A DNA stretch of 63,525 nt, filler included, from Reticulomyxa filosa (lineage: Eukaryota; Protista; Foraminifera), in the NCBI GenBank assembly GCA_000512085.1. It is 17 parts of 17 records of this genome, joined end to end, with 100 filler letters (N's around TTAATTAATTAA, not from the genome) between each part and the next. Parts side by side here need not be neighbours in the genome. Positions count along the whole stretch, not along the records: positions 1 to 2,609 come from ASPP01002110.1; positions 2,710 to 4,349 come from ASPP01027541.1; positions 4,450 to 11,012 come from ASPP01007554.1; 14 more parts are not named here. The stretch is one strand, 5' to 3'. This document shows, in pieces, positions 1-11,112 of the stretch. The notes under the pieces are model-generated. The model was not told where the DNA came from. It did no database searches and saw only the letters and a list, made by a program, of their open reading frames with translations. Each line of letters begins with the position of its first letter. The stretch's first letter is position 1. A program made the position numbers and the translations under genes.

Positions 1-496
1 ATTCTATCTTTTGATAAAACAACAGCATTTCATATTTTTTTTTTATTTGTTTTCATTATTTCTTGTTCATTTTTTGACTTTGATACAAAGCAATGATTAC
101 TAAAATAATTACACGGTAAAGTACCATGTTTAATATATTGAAGCGTATTTAAATCAAACACATTTATATTAGAAGATAAGTGATAAATAACAAACGATTG
201 TTGCTTCCACTAATCAATGCACGTGCTCCTTCATAACCTCCATCTCTTTTAATTATAATTGAATGATTGTGATTGTTTGTGAAAGAAGTCCATTGACTGC
301 AATGGTTTGTATTTGTTTTTGAGCGTATGATAAGAATAACATTTACGTTTATAAAGACCCCACAAATGAGGATTTCATGTTTGTGTAGCACGCATTGAGA
401 CCGATGAAATGGAATGGGCAATTTCTTCAAAGTTTGAAAGGGAGTTGAAGTAATAAGATGTTTATGAGATTTTTGTGTCGTAGTTCGATTGGCCAT
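1..496 (-). pseudogene. Degenerate kelch-like beta-propeller gene of an expanded family
   Basis: TPFQTLKKLPIPF-RSQCVLHKHEILICG and GARALISGSNNRLLFITY are kelch-like blades. The frame breaks and segments are missing; truncated at the window start. Confidence 0.55.
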
Positions 497-739
497 TTTG
501 TTGATGTTGCTGAATTTTTAAGTAGTTTTTAACAAATTCAAAAATTAAATTGATGCCATTATTCAATAGCAAAAGAAAAAAGAATATAGCTCATTTACAT
601 TAACAATCTTGCCATTACTACTACACTATAATTGCATGAACAAATTACTTCTGTGGATTTTTAGTTTAGTAATCATTATTTCATTACATATTCTTTTTCC
701 AGCCAACAATTCTTTATATTATTCGTCAAAGTAGTTTGG

Positions 740-1422
740 CAAACCCCTTCATGGACAGAAAAAAGTTCCAAGTTGAAATCTTGCGTCATCTAAGAAAAGT
801 TGGACACAAAAGTTGGATGAACAGTATTTATTGTTCAATAATTGATTGTTTTCAATTACTTTGTCTGGATCAGAAGATAATACAGTCAATCATTCAAAAC
901 CTATGTGTTGTGTAAAACTTTCATCATATCATTATTATAATCGTCATAATGTCATTTGTTCTTCATCACATAACAAAGTTATTCTTTTTTGGGATATTAA
1001 ACATAATCAACAATTACAAAAGTTAATGGATGCAGATCAAATGAAGTGTAATCATTGTTCATCATTTACAAAATAAATAATTATGAGTGTAAAATATGGA
1101 CCAAATGAACTAGGAAATACAATATTATCTGGATCGAGTGATCATAGTGTTCAATGGACATACAAGTTATGTATTGTCTGTTGAATATTCACTATTTGTA
1201 ATAAATAATATTAAAATTGTGGTAATTCAAATGTGATATGTTCTGGATCAAGAGATAATACAACTCGATCTTGGGATATTCGATCAAATAAGAATCAATT
1301 GTATGTGATCAAAGGAGATGACGAAGATGATGGAATAATATGTTTTAAATTTCTACATTCAAAAATAGAAATGTAATCTTTGTTATTGTTCATTGAAGGG
1401 TCTTATTCGTATTTGGGGATAA
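740..1422 (+). pseudogene. WD40-repeat pseudogene, paralogous to the downstream gene
   Basis: Fragments GHKSWMNSI, CVKLSSYHYYN-RHNVICSSS, SVKYGPNELGNTILSGS, SNVICSGSRDNT-RSWDIRSNK and GLIRIWG* occur in different frames with stops and deletions. Confidence 0.8.
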
Positions 1423-1634
1423 TGTTGTTGACTGATTGATTTTAAAAACTATTAAAAAAAAGAATGATATTTATTGTATTAAAATATTTCTTTACAAACG
1501 TTTCTAAATTCTACTTTTTATAACGTTAAAGTGTTTTGACCGTCCCTTCATTAATTTTGATCTAAAAAAGTTTGAACATTTTTTCATCTTACATCCTTGA
1601 AGACAATCCCAAAAGAAAAAAAAAAGTTAAAAGA

Positions 1635-2609
1635 ATGAGCCTTATCAACGAAAAAGAAACTTCAACTCAACTAGCATTGGTAAACTTCATTTCAAGTTTT
1701 CAGAAGATTGATTCTATTGTATTTATGATTTGAATTAGTCAGAAGAAAATATACAAGCAATTATTCAATATTGGATCCGAGTATTAAAGATTAAATTAGG
1801 ATGGATTCATGACTTTGACAAACTTGTTGTCAATTATGTTATGTTTCATTTGTTTTTGTGTTTATTTATATGTTGTTATTATTCATATTCACTATTTAAC
1901 ATAGGCAACTGTTTTTATGTTTGAAACGTTTCGTTCATCATCAAAATTACTCACAATATTTCGTGGTCATACAAATTGGGTGAAAAGTATTGATTATTCA
2001 GCATTTAATGATTGTCAATTTCTTTGTTCTGGGTCAAATGATAAAACTATTCGTGTATGGGATATTGAAAATAGCAAACAAATTCAATTATTCGAGGGAC
2101 ATTCAAATAGCATAAATTGTGTAAAATTTTCATCATATCATTATCATAATTATCGCCAAAATGTGGTTTGTTCTTCGTCAGAAGACAAAACTATTCGTTT
2201 TTGGGATATCAAGGACAATCGACAAGTGAAAATATTCAATGAACATACTGGTAGTATTTATAGTATTGAATTCTCACCATTTAATGGTGGTAGATACTTA
2301 TGTTCTGGATCACTTGATAAAACTATTCGTTTATTGGATGTTGAAACATACAAATCATTACATGTTTTCAATGGGCATGAAAATGGTGTTTTGTGTGTTG
2401 GCATTTCACCATTACAAAGCAATAATAACAATGATAATAATAATAAAGTAAATAATATTGGAGTGATTGGTGGAAATGGATATACAATTTGTTCTGGATC
2501 ATATGATAAAACTATTCATATATGGGATATTGAAACAACTAAACAATTAATTATTTTTAAAGGACATAAAGGTAATGTGTGGAGTGTAAAATATGGATCA
2601 AATGAATTA
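1635..2609 (+). CDS. WD40-repeat protein, 3' truncated; exons 1635-1679, 1739-1837, 1905->2609
   Basis: Repeated GH...WD units, GT-AG introns of 59 and 67 nt in frame, and the N-terminal module SEENIQAIIQYWIRVLKIKLGWIHDFDKLVVNY. Confidence 0.9.
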
Positions 2610-2709
2610 NNNNNNNNNNNNNNNNNNNNNNNNNNNNNNNNNNNNNNNNNNNNTTAATTAATTAANNNNNNNNNNNNNNNNNNNNNNNNNNNNNNNNNNN
2701 NNNNNNNNN
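2610..2709. other. Artificial contig spacer N44-TTAATTAATTAA-N44 (first of 16)
   Basis: Identical 100-bp linker with six-frame stops at 2610, 4350, 11013, 13296, 15225, 21900, 23124, 25215, 31005, 32187, 33461, 35458, 39974, 56836, 58137 and 62067. Confidence 0.99.
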
Positions 2710-2828
2710 TAAATAAGCTAAGTCTATATGTTCAACCCCTTTTTCAGACAATCAAGAAACTTTCATTATTAACAATGTACTTCAGGTTTCAAAGATTATA
2801 CTAACAGTCTTGGATAGAAGCAGCACAC

Positions 2829-2936
2829 AAAAAAATGAAACGATAAAACAAAATCATGCGGCACTACGTGTTCACTACGTGCCGCATGATATATAGCTTT
2901 ATTTTTTTTCGGTTTGTTTTATCGTTTCATTTTTTT
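2829..2936. repeat. Nested perfect inverted repeat (24-bp outer and 12-bp inner stems)
   Basis: 2829-2852 pairs with 2913-2936. 2853-2864 ATCATGCGGCAC pairs with 2879-2890 GTGCCGCATGAT. Confidence 0.9.
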
Positions 2937-3099
2937 AAAATTTTTTTGTGATGCGTATGAATGTTGCTATGCACATAATTTGTCCAAAAAGTTTTGTGAC
3001 TAATCTCGCTTTTTCCGATATGAATAAATTTGTCAATGATTCTACTATTTTTGATAAAATGAAGTGGAAAAGATTATTTTATTTGATTGTCGATCGTGC

Positions 3100-4349
3100 A
3101 AAATACTGATGATAAGATTGGTCCGTTGCAATATATCTTCATCTTTCACCACTCAATTTTTAGCACTCCAATATCTCATCATTTGCCACAACAATGACTG
3201 ATTCATTTTCTAATTTCAATTTTGAGCATCTTCACCACCAATTCCGACAAGGGAAAAAGGAAGTTTTTTGCCACACACTACCATTGTATAGCTGCAGTTG
3301 CCAATCTTATCAAATTTCTGACGAGGTTTAGTTGCAATGCATTCCAATGAATATACAACCAGATTTCATTTTGTCGAGCAAACGACACAATTCTATGCTG
3401 TTATTTAGTGTAACTATTTCAAAGAGGACAATTAATCAATCATTAAGGAGGAAAAAGAAGTTAAAAATATATTACCAATCGGACATATCTCAGCTCAAAT
3501 CGTTAATTTGTAATTCATGAGGCAAACTGAGTTTATGAATGAAATCACTCCATCACCTGCAGAAGCTGGCTTCTTTGCGCCACCGCGCTTTTTTGCTTTT
3601 TGATTTTTTCTCGAAGCCACTTTTTACTTTAAAGATTTGTGCCACGAATAATTCTTGCAATCTTTATTTTCCCCAAATGCACGCCACGCACAATTTTTAT
3701 TTGCTTGTTATTTATCTATTTATGTGAATATTGTTTGCTTATAGAACCTTTGATGATGCGCGACCAGGTCATTGGCTTGCAAGTGAACATTTATTCTCCA
3801 TTTCGTGCGCGCAAATGTCCTATATTGTTGTATGAAGATCAAAAATCATCGACACTGTGATTGTGTCTGTTTGAACATTGATTCTTTTTGCACTCATCTT
3901 TTTCGTAAAAGGAATACGTAGAGTGTGTTGTATATTGCATACCATATGCTGTGAAGCCATGGTTTGGTCTATGTTGAAGGTCTCCATATGCGAAGGTCGC
4001 AAATGCGGGGTCAATGACTTTCATTACAGCGTATACAGTTTCATTGTAGTCTTCAATCTGAGTATTGACTGATTTCCACAAGCGATTGTTCAGCTATCGT
4101 TTCAACAACTCCTGTGGTGTTAATTGCATAATGCCATCCTCAGATTTACTTGTATCCTTTTCGGGCTCTTCTTTTAAGTTGATCAAGTTTTTCAATTTTT
4201 TCGTTTGCAATCCGTTGACTATTTTCTGCAACATCTCAAAATAAGTGAAAGTATCACTCCATTTCCGGAGGACTCGTCACTGTGTATGAGTAAAAACCAC
4301 AAGACAAAGTCTGGGAGTTGAAGAAAACATCAAAGCATGTACACAGACA
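3100..4349 (-). pseudogene. Disrupted coding sequence of unknown family
   Basis: Protein-like stretches (VLRKWSDTFTYFEMLQKIVNG...ELLKR*LNNRLWKSVNTQIEDY...) are broken by stops and frameshifts. Boundaries are approximate. Confidence 0.3.
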
Positions 4350-4541
4350 NNNNNNNNNNNNNNNNNNNNNNNNNNNNNNNNNNNNNNNNNNNNTTAATTA
4401 ATTAANNNNNNNNNNNNNNNNNNNNNNNNNNNNNNNNNNNNNNNNNNNNAAGTCTGCGAAATATCGTAGCTTTTTTTTTTACGATTTGAATTTGAACCAA
4501 TATCGATAAAACTCAAACCAAACACTTAAACAATTTTCTGG

Positions 4542-5189
4542 GTGTGTTTTTTTTATAAAAATGACAGCCACTTTGTAGGTGTAACAGATATTACAACATT
4601 CCCGTGGAGACACTGTGTAATGAGCAAATTTCAGTCTAGAGAAGAGTCATTTTATGCGATGAGTTGCAGTATGCGCGTTTTACCATTTTTCAAGAGTCCT
4701 GGCTATATGCGAGGAATGTTTTTATTAGATGGAGTATTCAGTGCTATATTTACCATACCTCCAGATCAAAACGAGGACTATGTCATTCGAATTACACCTT
4801 GTTCAAATTTGCTAAGTGGTATTCGTGCTGATATTCAGCCGGATGTTTATGACAAAGATGAATACTTCAGGATTATTGATATATTAAAAGTACCTAACTT
4901 AGAAGAAATATTGATACAATTCCGGCAAGGATATAAAGATGCACTGCGAAGCAGAGATCGTCTGATTGCCAAAGGCATGATCCCAAAGAAAAAAGATACA
5001 CCAAAAAGTGATAAAACAGGGACCAAAGATCATGACACCTCAGAAAATATGATGTCTTTGGAACAATGGCTTTCCTACATTCGAATGCATGGTCAAAAAA
5101 TATTGAGTGACGTTAAAGTTGCACCTGGCAATCTGTTTGTTGGAGATGTTGAAAAACTCAGGAAACAAGACTTTTCAGCGTTGATGTGA
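4542..5189 (+). CDS. Hypothetical protein, probably the terminal exon of a 5'-truncated gene
   Basis: 215-codon open frame of normal complexity in AT-rich DNA; no family recognised. Confidence 0.6.
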   Translation: MCFFYKNDSHFVGVTDITTFPWRHCVMSKFQSREESFYAMSCSMRVLPFFKSPGYMRGMFLLDGVFSAIFTIPPDQNEDYVIRITPCSNLLSGIRADIQPDVYDKDEYFRIIDILKVPNLEEILIQFRQGYKDALRSRDRLIAKGMIPKKKDTPKSDKTGTKDHDTSENMMSLEQWLSYIRMHGQKILSDVKVAPGNLFVGDVEKLRKQDFSALM

Positions 5190-7120
5190 ATTAAATCAAG
5201 TAAAAAAAATTGTAATTCAAATTTTTTTTTTCACACAATAAAATAATTTGTTGTTTTTCTCTTTCAGTTGTTCCGTTTGTTTTTGGATTTGTGTTGTGTT
5301 TTTGGAGGGAAAAAATTTGTGAAAATACAAAATACTTTTGTAAATGCAAGCAACAGTAATTCAATAAATCGCATTGAAGAGACAAAAAAAAAAATAAAAT
5401 AACATTTAGTCTATTACAACTCACAGTTTTATAGAAAAAAAGAGTATGTATTGGTTTAAAATAAAAATTGACAATGTAGAAAGAAAAAAATGGATACTTA
5501 ACGCGTAGTTGTCTGTTTTCACATTAAAGAAAGAGATGTTTGGAATTCCATTCAATTGTGGTTCTTGTTTTGTTTGTTTTCTAAAGACATATTTTGTTTA
5601 AGCGAACATCATTCATATTTTATTTTTTACTGATTAAGTTTAAAAATACGAATATGAACAAATTAATTAATTTATTGAAAAATCAGCATATTTTTACATT
5701 GACAAAATTTTGTTTAAAATTCAATATATTTTTTAATTTATATACACTTTTATGAAATTTAAAGTATTATTACATTTATCTATCACAAATTTTAATACTG
5801 TCTTGTTTGTTATTCACAATTTTTTTTTTTTGAATTTTTATACATTTTTGTCGAATAAAAAGAATTTAATCATCATGTAATTATTCTGCATATAAAAAAT
5901 CTTATTACAAATATCTATTTTTAAAAACATAACTTTAATTATTCACTACGTCAAATAGTACTCAAATATTTCATTTTCCTTTTTTAATTTTAATTTTTTT
6001 TTTTTTTTTTAATTAATTAAATGAAACAATTCTATTTTCTCATAACTTGCAAATAATAACTATGAATATTCAAAAAATAATTTTAATTAACTTATTATTA
6101 TCAAATATCAAATTAATACTACGCACCTCAATATTGGTGAATGTATTGATTAATTTTGATTATTGAAATAAATCAAATATAAAGACATTTTGTAACTATA
6201 TATATATTTTTTGGTTTATATTAAAAATAAATAAATAAATAAAAAATGAAATAACGTAATTGACAAAGTTTGTCAAATTCATGTATCCATCCAAATTTAA
6301 TTTGTACTAATTTAGTACAACGTTTCCTAATTAATTGAATTTTTTTTCTGCTGACTGTTTGAATCACAAATTAAATACAACAAATAAAATAATAAAAAAG
6401 TAAATTAATTAATGAAAACTTACCTACTGTAAAGTTTGTATCATTTTGTTTTTGATGATGCAAAATGAACAAAATTATAAAAGGTGCTTTCAAAAATAGA
6501 TTTTAACAACACATAATATTTAAAATTGAAAAATATAAATCATTTGATATTATAAAAATAATTAGCTCCTTCAGAATATGGAAAAAGAAAGCATTGCAAA
6601 TCATTCTTTTGTCAAAAAAGTAAAATATAAGATTTTATTTTTTTAACTAATTAGTGTCACTTGTGCGAGCATCGAAGAAGTTATTGTTTATTATTTCTAT
6701 GTTATTGCATAGATTGCTATGTATTTTTTCCATCTGACTCCGAAAATGAGTGTAGAAATTTTTGAGAATATATTATGACGAATTTCAATTTGTGGTTGAC
6801 TTACAAAGAGTTTATCACAAGACTTAATTGTGAAAAAAAAATATACCAACATTTCATTTGGATAATATCTAATAGATAAAAGCCACTATAAAATATTTGA
6901 TATATTGTACCACTCGTTGATGTAGTTAAAAATATTGTGGTCTTGGTCACTTACCTTTTATTATTTTTCATGCACCACATTTTTTTTTATTTTTTTTTAT
7001 ACACAAGAAGTAATAATGCTAAGAAAATTGAATGAAATAAACAGCCATTTTTAGTGTAACAGACCCAGAAAACAGGCTAGTAACCGTAGAATTTTTTAAA
7101 ATGGAAAACATCTAATAGCA

Positions 7121-7915
7121 ATGTCAAGCAATCAAGTACCAACAAATACTGGACCATCAAGAATAGTTGGAGGTTGATTTTATATTGTTATAATAGTATA
7201 CATCTACAAAAGGTTAATAACAACAGGGAGAGTTATAAGAGGCGACGAGCCCAGATCAACAATCCAACGAACACAAGAAAGCGGATGGGAAGTAGTGAAT
7301 GCAATAGGACTCTTGTATGTTCAATATGTTATGTTTTTCAAACTGTAACATTATAATTAATAATTACAAATATATCCCAAAATAATTTTCATAGCTTTCG
7401 ATCACTTTTCAACGTTAAGTAATTTGTTGTTATAATACCCTCCAAGAAGGGTTACATGATAATTTCAACGTGGTTTGAACAATACAGCCTTCTGCTGTGG
7501 ATGACGCAGTAGCTGCTCGTAATCGTCAAACAGACGCTTTTCCTAACCCTTTCCCACAACAAAGACCAGGGGGTAGTCAAAGAGGACAGCCATTAGGACG
7601 GAGGATACACGGAATTTCGAACGTTCAGCGTATGTTGTTTTACCACGACCCTACTTTTTTTAAGAAAAAAGAATTACAAAAATTTCTAAATAAGGAAAAT
7701 TTTTTTGAGAATGAGTGAGAGGCCGAACAAAATTTATTTAATGTGATAAGCGTGTTAGGAGTTCTGTAAGATGATGACGTGGCCAAAATTTAATTGCGTT
7801 ATACGTGCTTCAAAAAAAAAAATAAGAAAAATAAATAAACTGATTAAAATAACATAATAAAATGTAATTTACAGCCGTGAATCAAATTGGATGTGGTGGA
7901 GGAAGCTGAGGATAG
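7121..7915 (+). CDS. SELENOK: Selenoprotein K/G-like protein, 113 aa; exons 7121-7172, 7227-7314, 7395-7413, 7488-7629, 7875-7915
   Basis: Spliced product MSSNQVPTNTGPSRIVGGRVIRGDEPRSTIQRTQESGWEVVNAIGLFFRSLFNPSAV...RPGGSQRGQPLGRRIHGISNVQPVNQIGCGGGS(U)G*. All four introns are GT-AG and phase-consistent. In-frame TGA at 7907-7909 is followed by GGA TAG. Confidence 0.8.
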
Positions 7916-7917
7916 AT

Positions 7918-8085
7918 GACTAACTTCTGACACCTTCAAGCTATACCATTTGTCTATTTATATGTGTTTCTACATATGTATGATGTGTTTTTTTTAAAAT
8001 TCGTTTGGCTGTGACATGACAATGATAAATAGAAAAAAAAATTGAGGGAAACCACTCATGAAATTTTTGAGTGGCAGAGTTAGTC
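7918..8085 (+). promoter_or_regulatory. Structured 3' UTR with a weak SECIS candidate (7980-8020)
   Basis: Nested complementary segments surround an ATGA-N12-AA-N20-GA pattern, but helix II pairing is poor. Confidence 0.3.
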
Positions 8086-8662
8086 GCTTCACTGCAAACT
8101 TTATCTTATCGGAAGAAGAAAAATACAAAATAATTGAAGTGAGATTCAGCTCTTACTGTTATCATTTTGTAACAGTTGGAAGTGAATTGTTGGAACGCTT
8201 CGCTGTTTCAACAACATTTTTATCATGAGAAGTAATCTCGAGTATTCAACCTAGAGATTGCGGATTGATTTTCCACTTCACTTTTTTGGCTTTTTTTTCC
8301 TCCTCACATTATCTATTTTTTTTCAACTCTCCAGTGTTAGTCGAATTATTGCTTGCTGTTTTTGTTTTCGATTTTATTTTGTTTTTTTTTGGGAGTATTT
8401 CAAAGTCATTGGATTTACTGAAGTAACAGCCATCCCTACTTTCGTTTGAAAAACGTATGTCATTTCCCTAGCGTTTTTCTTTGAAATTTTGCAAACAATC
8501 TTTACACTGTTCATATTGTTCGATATTTACATATCACAGACTTACTACTTGTTATAATAAACACAGTGTTGACGGCTGTTGTTAAATCTTTTTTGACAAC
8601 CGGGGTCTTGTTCCCAAATAAAGGAACATCGATATACAGAAGGCAAAAGCACAGAGTTAGCA

Positions 8663-10168
8663 ATGTCACTTGATTTTGCAGCCATAAAAACTCTGGTGGC
8701 AACAATTTCTTGCGTGTTTTCTCTTTGTGGAGCGCTTGTAATTATGTCTAGTTATGTGTTCTTCCCTGTACTTCAAAAACCTGGGAGAAAACTGTTAACA
8801 GTTAAAAAGAAAAAGTAAAATGTAGAGTGAAAGAGTTTCAAAGCTATCTTTTTTACACATAGCACAGATAGCGTGATGTATACATGTATATATTACGTAT
8901 CATAAATTATATATTTTATGTATGCGTGAATATGTAAACATAATGGACAAATTAAAATACGCACAGTACTTATCAATATCCGATATGTGCACGTCAATCG
9001 TGTATTTGATATCGCTGCATTATTGTAACATAAACAGATTGAGAACAGTGGACGTGGCGCAAGCGTTCTTAGGAATTTATTTTCCGTGTACAATGCTTGT
9101 GTGGACAAGTTGTATAGGTTATTTCATTTACAAAAGCATAATGCAATCAAATAATGGAAATGTCAAACTAAATATACAAAAGCATTTTCGACTGTATCAT
9201 GTGATATCTTGGACCACACCGATTGTGTTTAGTATTGGGCCATTGATTCTAATTTTGAAATTAAAAAAAAACAACACAGAATTTAGTTCGAGTATGACCA
9301 CAGGTGGATGGTGCTGGGTCGACCATTGGTATTACCAACTGCTCGGCGGCAAATGCATTGAAGTCGTAAGTCTCACGTGTACCATGTATTTCTATGTCAA
9401 CAGCTACATCTTATTGAAAAGGCAGCAACAGCAACAAAAAAGCTTGGACCAACAGTTGAATGAACAGTGGAACAAGTCGGGCCAGCCTTTTTTGAAAGAC
9501 CATCACTATCTCCCCACTTCAAATAATAGTTCAGTTTCTTGAGGTAATTAATTGTTATTTTATTATTATTGTCATTACTATACAAATGAAAGATCAAAGC
9601 AAACAAAAAAAAAAAAAAAAAAAGTGTCGGACAAATGTGTTGTCGATAATGACGATGATGAAGATAACGAAGATGATAATGACGATAAAAATGCTAATGC
9701 TCCATCGAATTGGTATCCCAACGATGATCGAAATAACAACAAGGACACCCGAAAATTCAAAAGGACAAGGAGAGCTTTGCAAATTTGTTGTACGTTCCGC
9801 TGATTTTGATGCTTGTTCGTTCGTTTGGTACTCTCAATATGATCTATCAACCGATTTGCGCTCAAGTCATGTACGGAGGCAATAAAAGCTTGACCGATTG
9901 CAGCAATGACACTATCTTAGGCAAATCCTTGAGCTTGCTTCAGGCTATATTTGACCCCTCCCAAGGGTTTTTCAATGCCATTGCGTTTGTGTTCATGGCC
10001 AAAGGCGTGAGAAAGGTTATGCTAAGTGCGTGTTCAAACTTATGTCGACGATTGTGTTGTTTCCGTGCGAGATTACCCAAAGTAAATAAGGTCGTTTTTT
10101 ACTCGCAAATCAAACAAGCGAAAAAAAAGAAAAAAAGTTATGAATTGAGTGTAAACAGCTCGGATTGA
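8663..10168 (+). CDS. 7TM GPCR, cAMP receptor/GCR1-like (multi-exon)
   Basis: Exon 1 (8663-8800) MSLDF...ISCVFSLCGALVIMSSY...PGRKLLT splices to YLSISD at 8967. Further motifs: FRLYHVISW, GGWCWV, LLYVPLILMLVRSFG, FDPSQGFFNAIAF. The third intracellular loop exon structure is uncertain. Confidence 0.85.
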
Positions 10169-10578
10169 GCAAATAAACATCTTTCATAAATATTATCCAA
10201 CCGTCTACACAACTATGGACAAATATACAAGAATATTTCTCTTCCTTCTTTTTTCCACAACTATTGTTGGATTTTTTTTTTTATAGTCAGTTTTATGTTT
10301 TTTTTAGATTTCAATTTTTCAAAATACAATAAAAAACACCACTTTTTTTTTTGTACATTCAATGTAAATGCTTCTTTCTTCACTGTCAGAAGACAGTATT
10401 TCCAATACATTCAAAAAAAAAAAAAAACTGATGTTAAATTGCTTAAACTAAAGACAATTTTTACAACTGCAACTGACTCTGTCATTTAACGAAAAAAAAA
10501 CGGAAATAATAACGCAAAGCAAAAAAAAAAAAAAATCTAAGTAATCAACACGGGAACAATAGATGTTCTTTCCTTTCT

Positions 10579-10970
10579 TCAATCATCGTCCAACCAATCG
10601 TCTTGGTTTTCTTCGCCTCCATCTTGTTCATCCATAACAAATTCGCGATACTTATCCAAGCTCTTCTTCAAAATGTTTTGCATGTCTTGAGGCTGTATGG
10701 AGGCTCGTCGGACATCGTTCGCATCCACAACTCTTAAACTGGTTTCTTTGCTGAAGCCACGAATACCAGCCAACAAAGTATTTCTACCGTTGGAAGGGCT
10801 GAGTTTGTTACCCGAACTGGACAAGGGGGGAGGTGGAAGTTTCGTAGGATTATCAATGGGCGGAAGAGACTTGGATGGCACCATTGCCGTCGAGCTTTGT
10901 GGAAGTTTCGGTGGAGAAGATACGATATTGGATCTCTGCGTCGTTATTCCCGCTTTGGAACAACGTTAAT
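10579..10970 (-). CDS. C-terminus of a WASP/SCAR-family Arp2/3 activator (Pro-rich, WH2, central, acidic); 5' truncated
   Basis: PPPP; WH2 GRNTLLAGIRGF-SLRVV; C helix DMQNILKKSLDKYREFV; acidic tail ending DDWLDDD*. Confidence 0.8.
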
Positions 10971-11112
10971 ATGTGTATCCATGTGTCAGCCATTTTTTTT
11001 TTTTTTTTTTTTNNNNNNNNNNNNNNNNNNNNNNNNNNNNNNNNNNNNNNNNNNNNTTAATTAATTAANNNNNNNNNNNNNNNNNNNNNNNNNNNNNNNN
11101 NNNNNNNNNNNN

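Noticed and set aside
2610-2709. Regularly recurring TTAATTAATTAA as a CRISPR-like or biological repeat
   Set aside because: It is always centred in N44 blocks, so it is a synthetic contig linker.
7771-7843. Intronic box C/D snoRNA in the long fourth SelK intron (ATGATGA...CTGA)
   Set aside because: The sequence before the D box is poly-A-like with no plausible guide, and there is no terminal stem.
7918-8085. Hammerhead ribozyme (multi-stem junction with CTGA and GAAA)
   Set aside because: The core CUGANGA is not matched (CTGACAC), and there is no NUH cleavage triplet in register.
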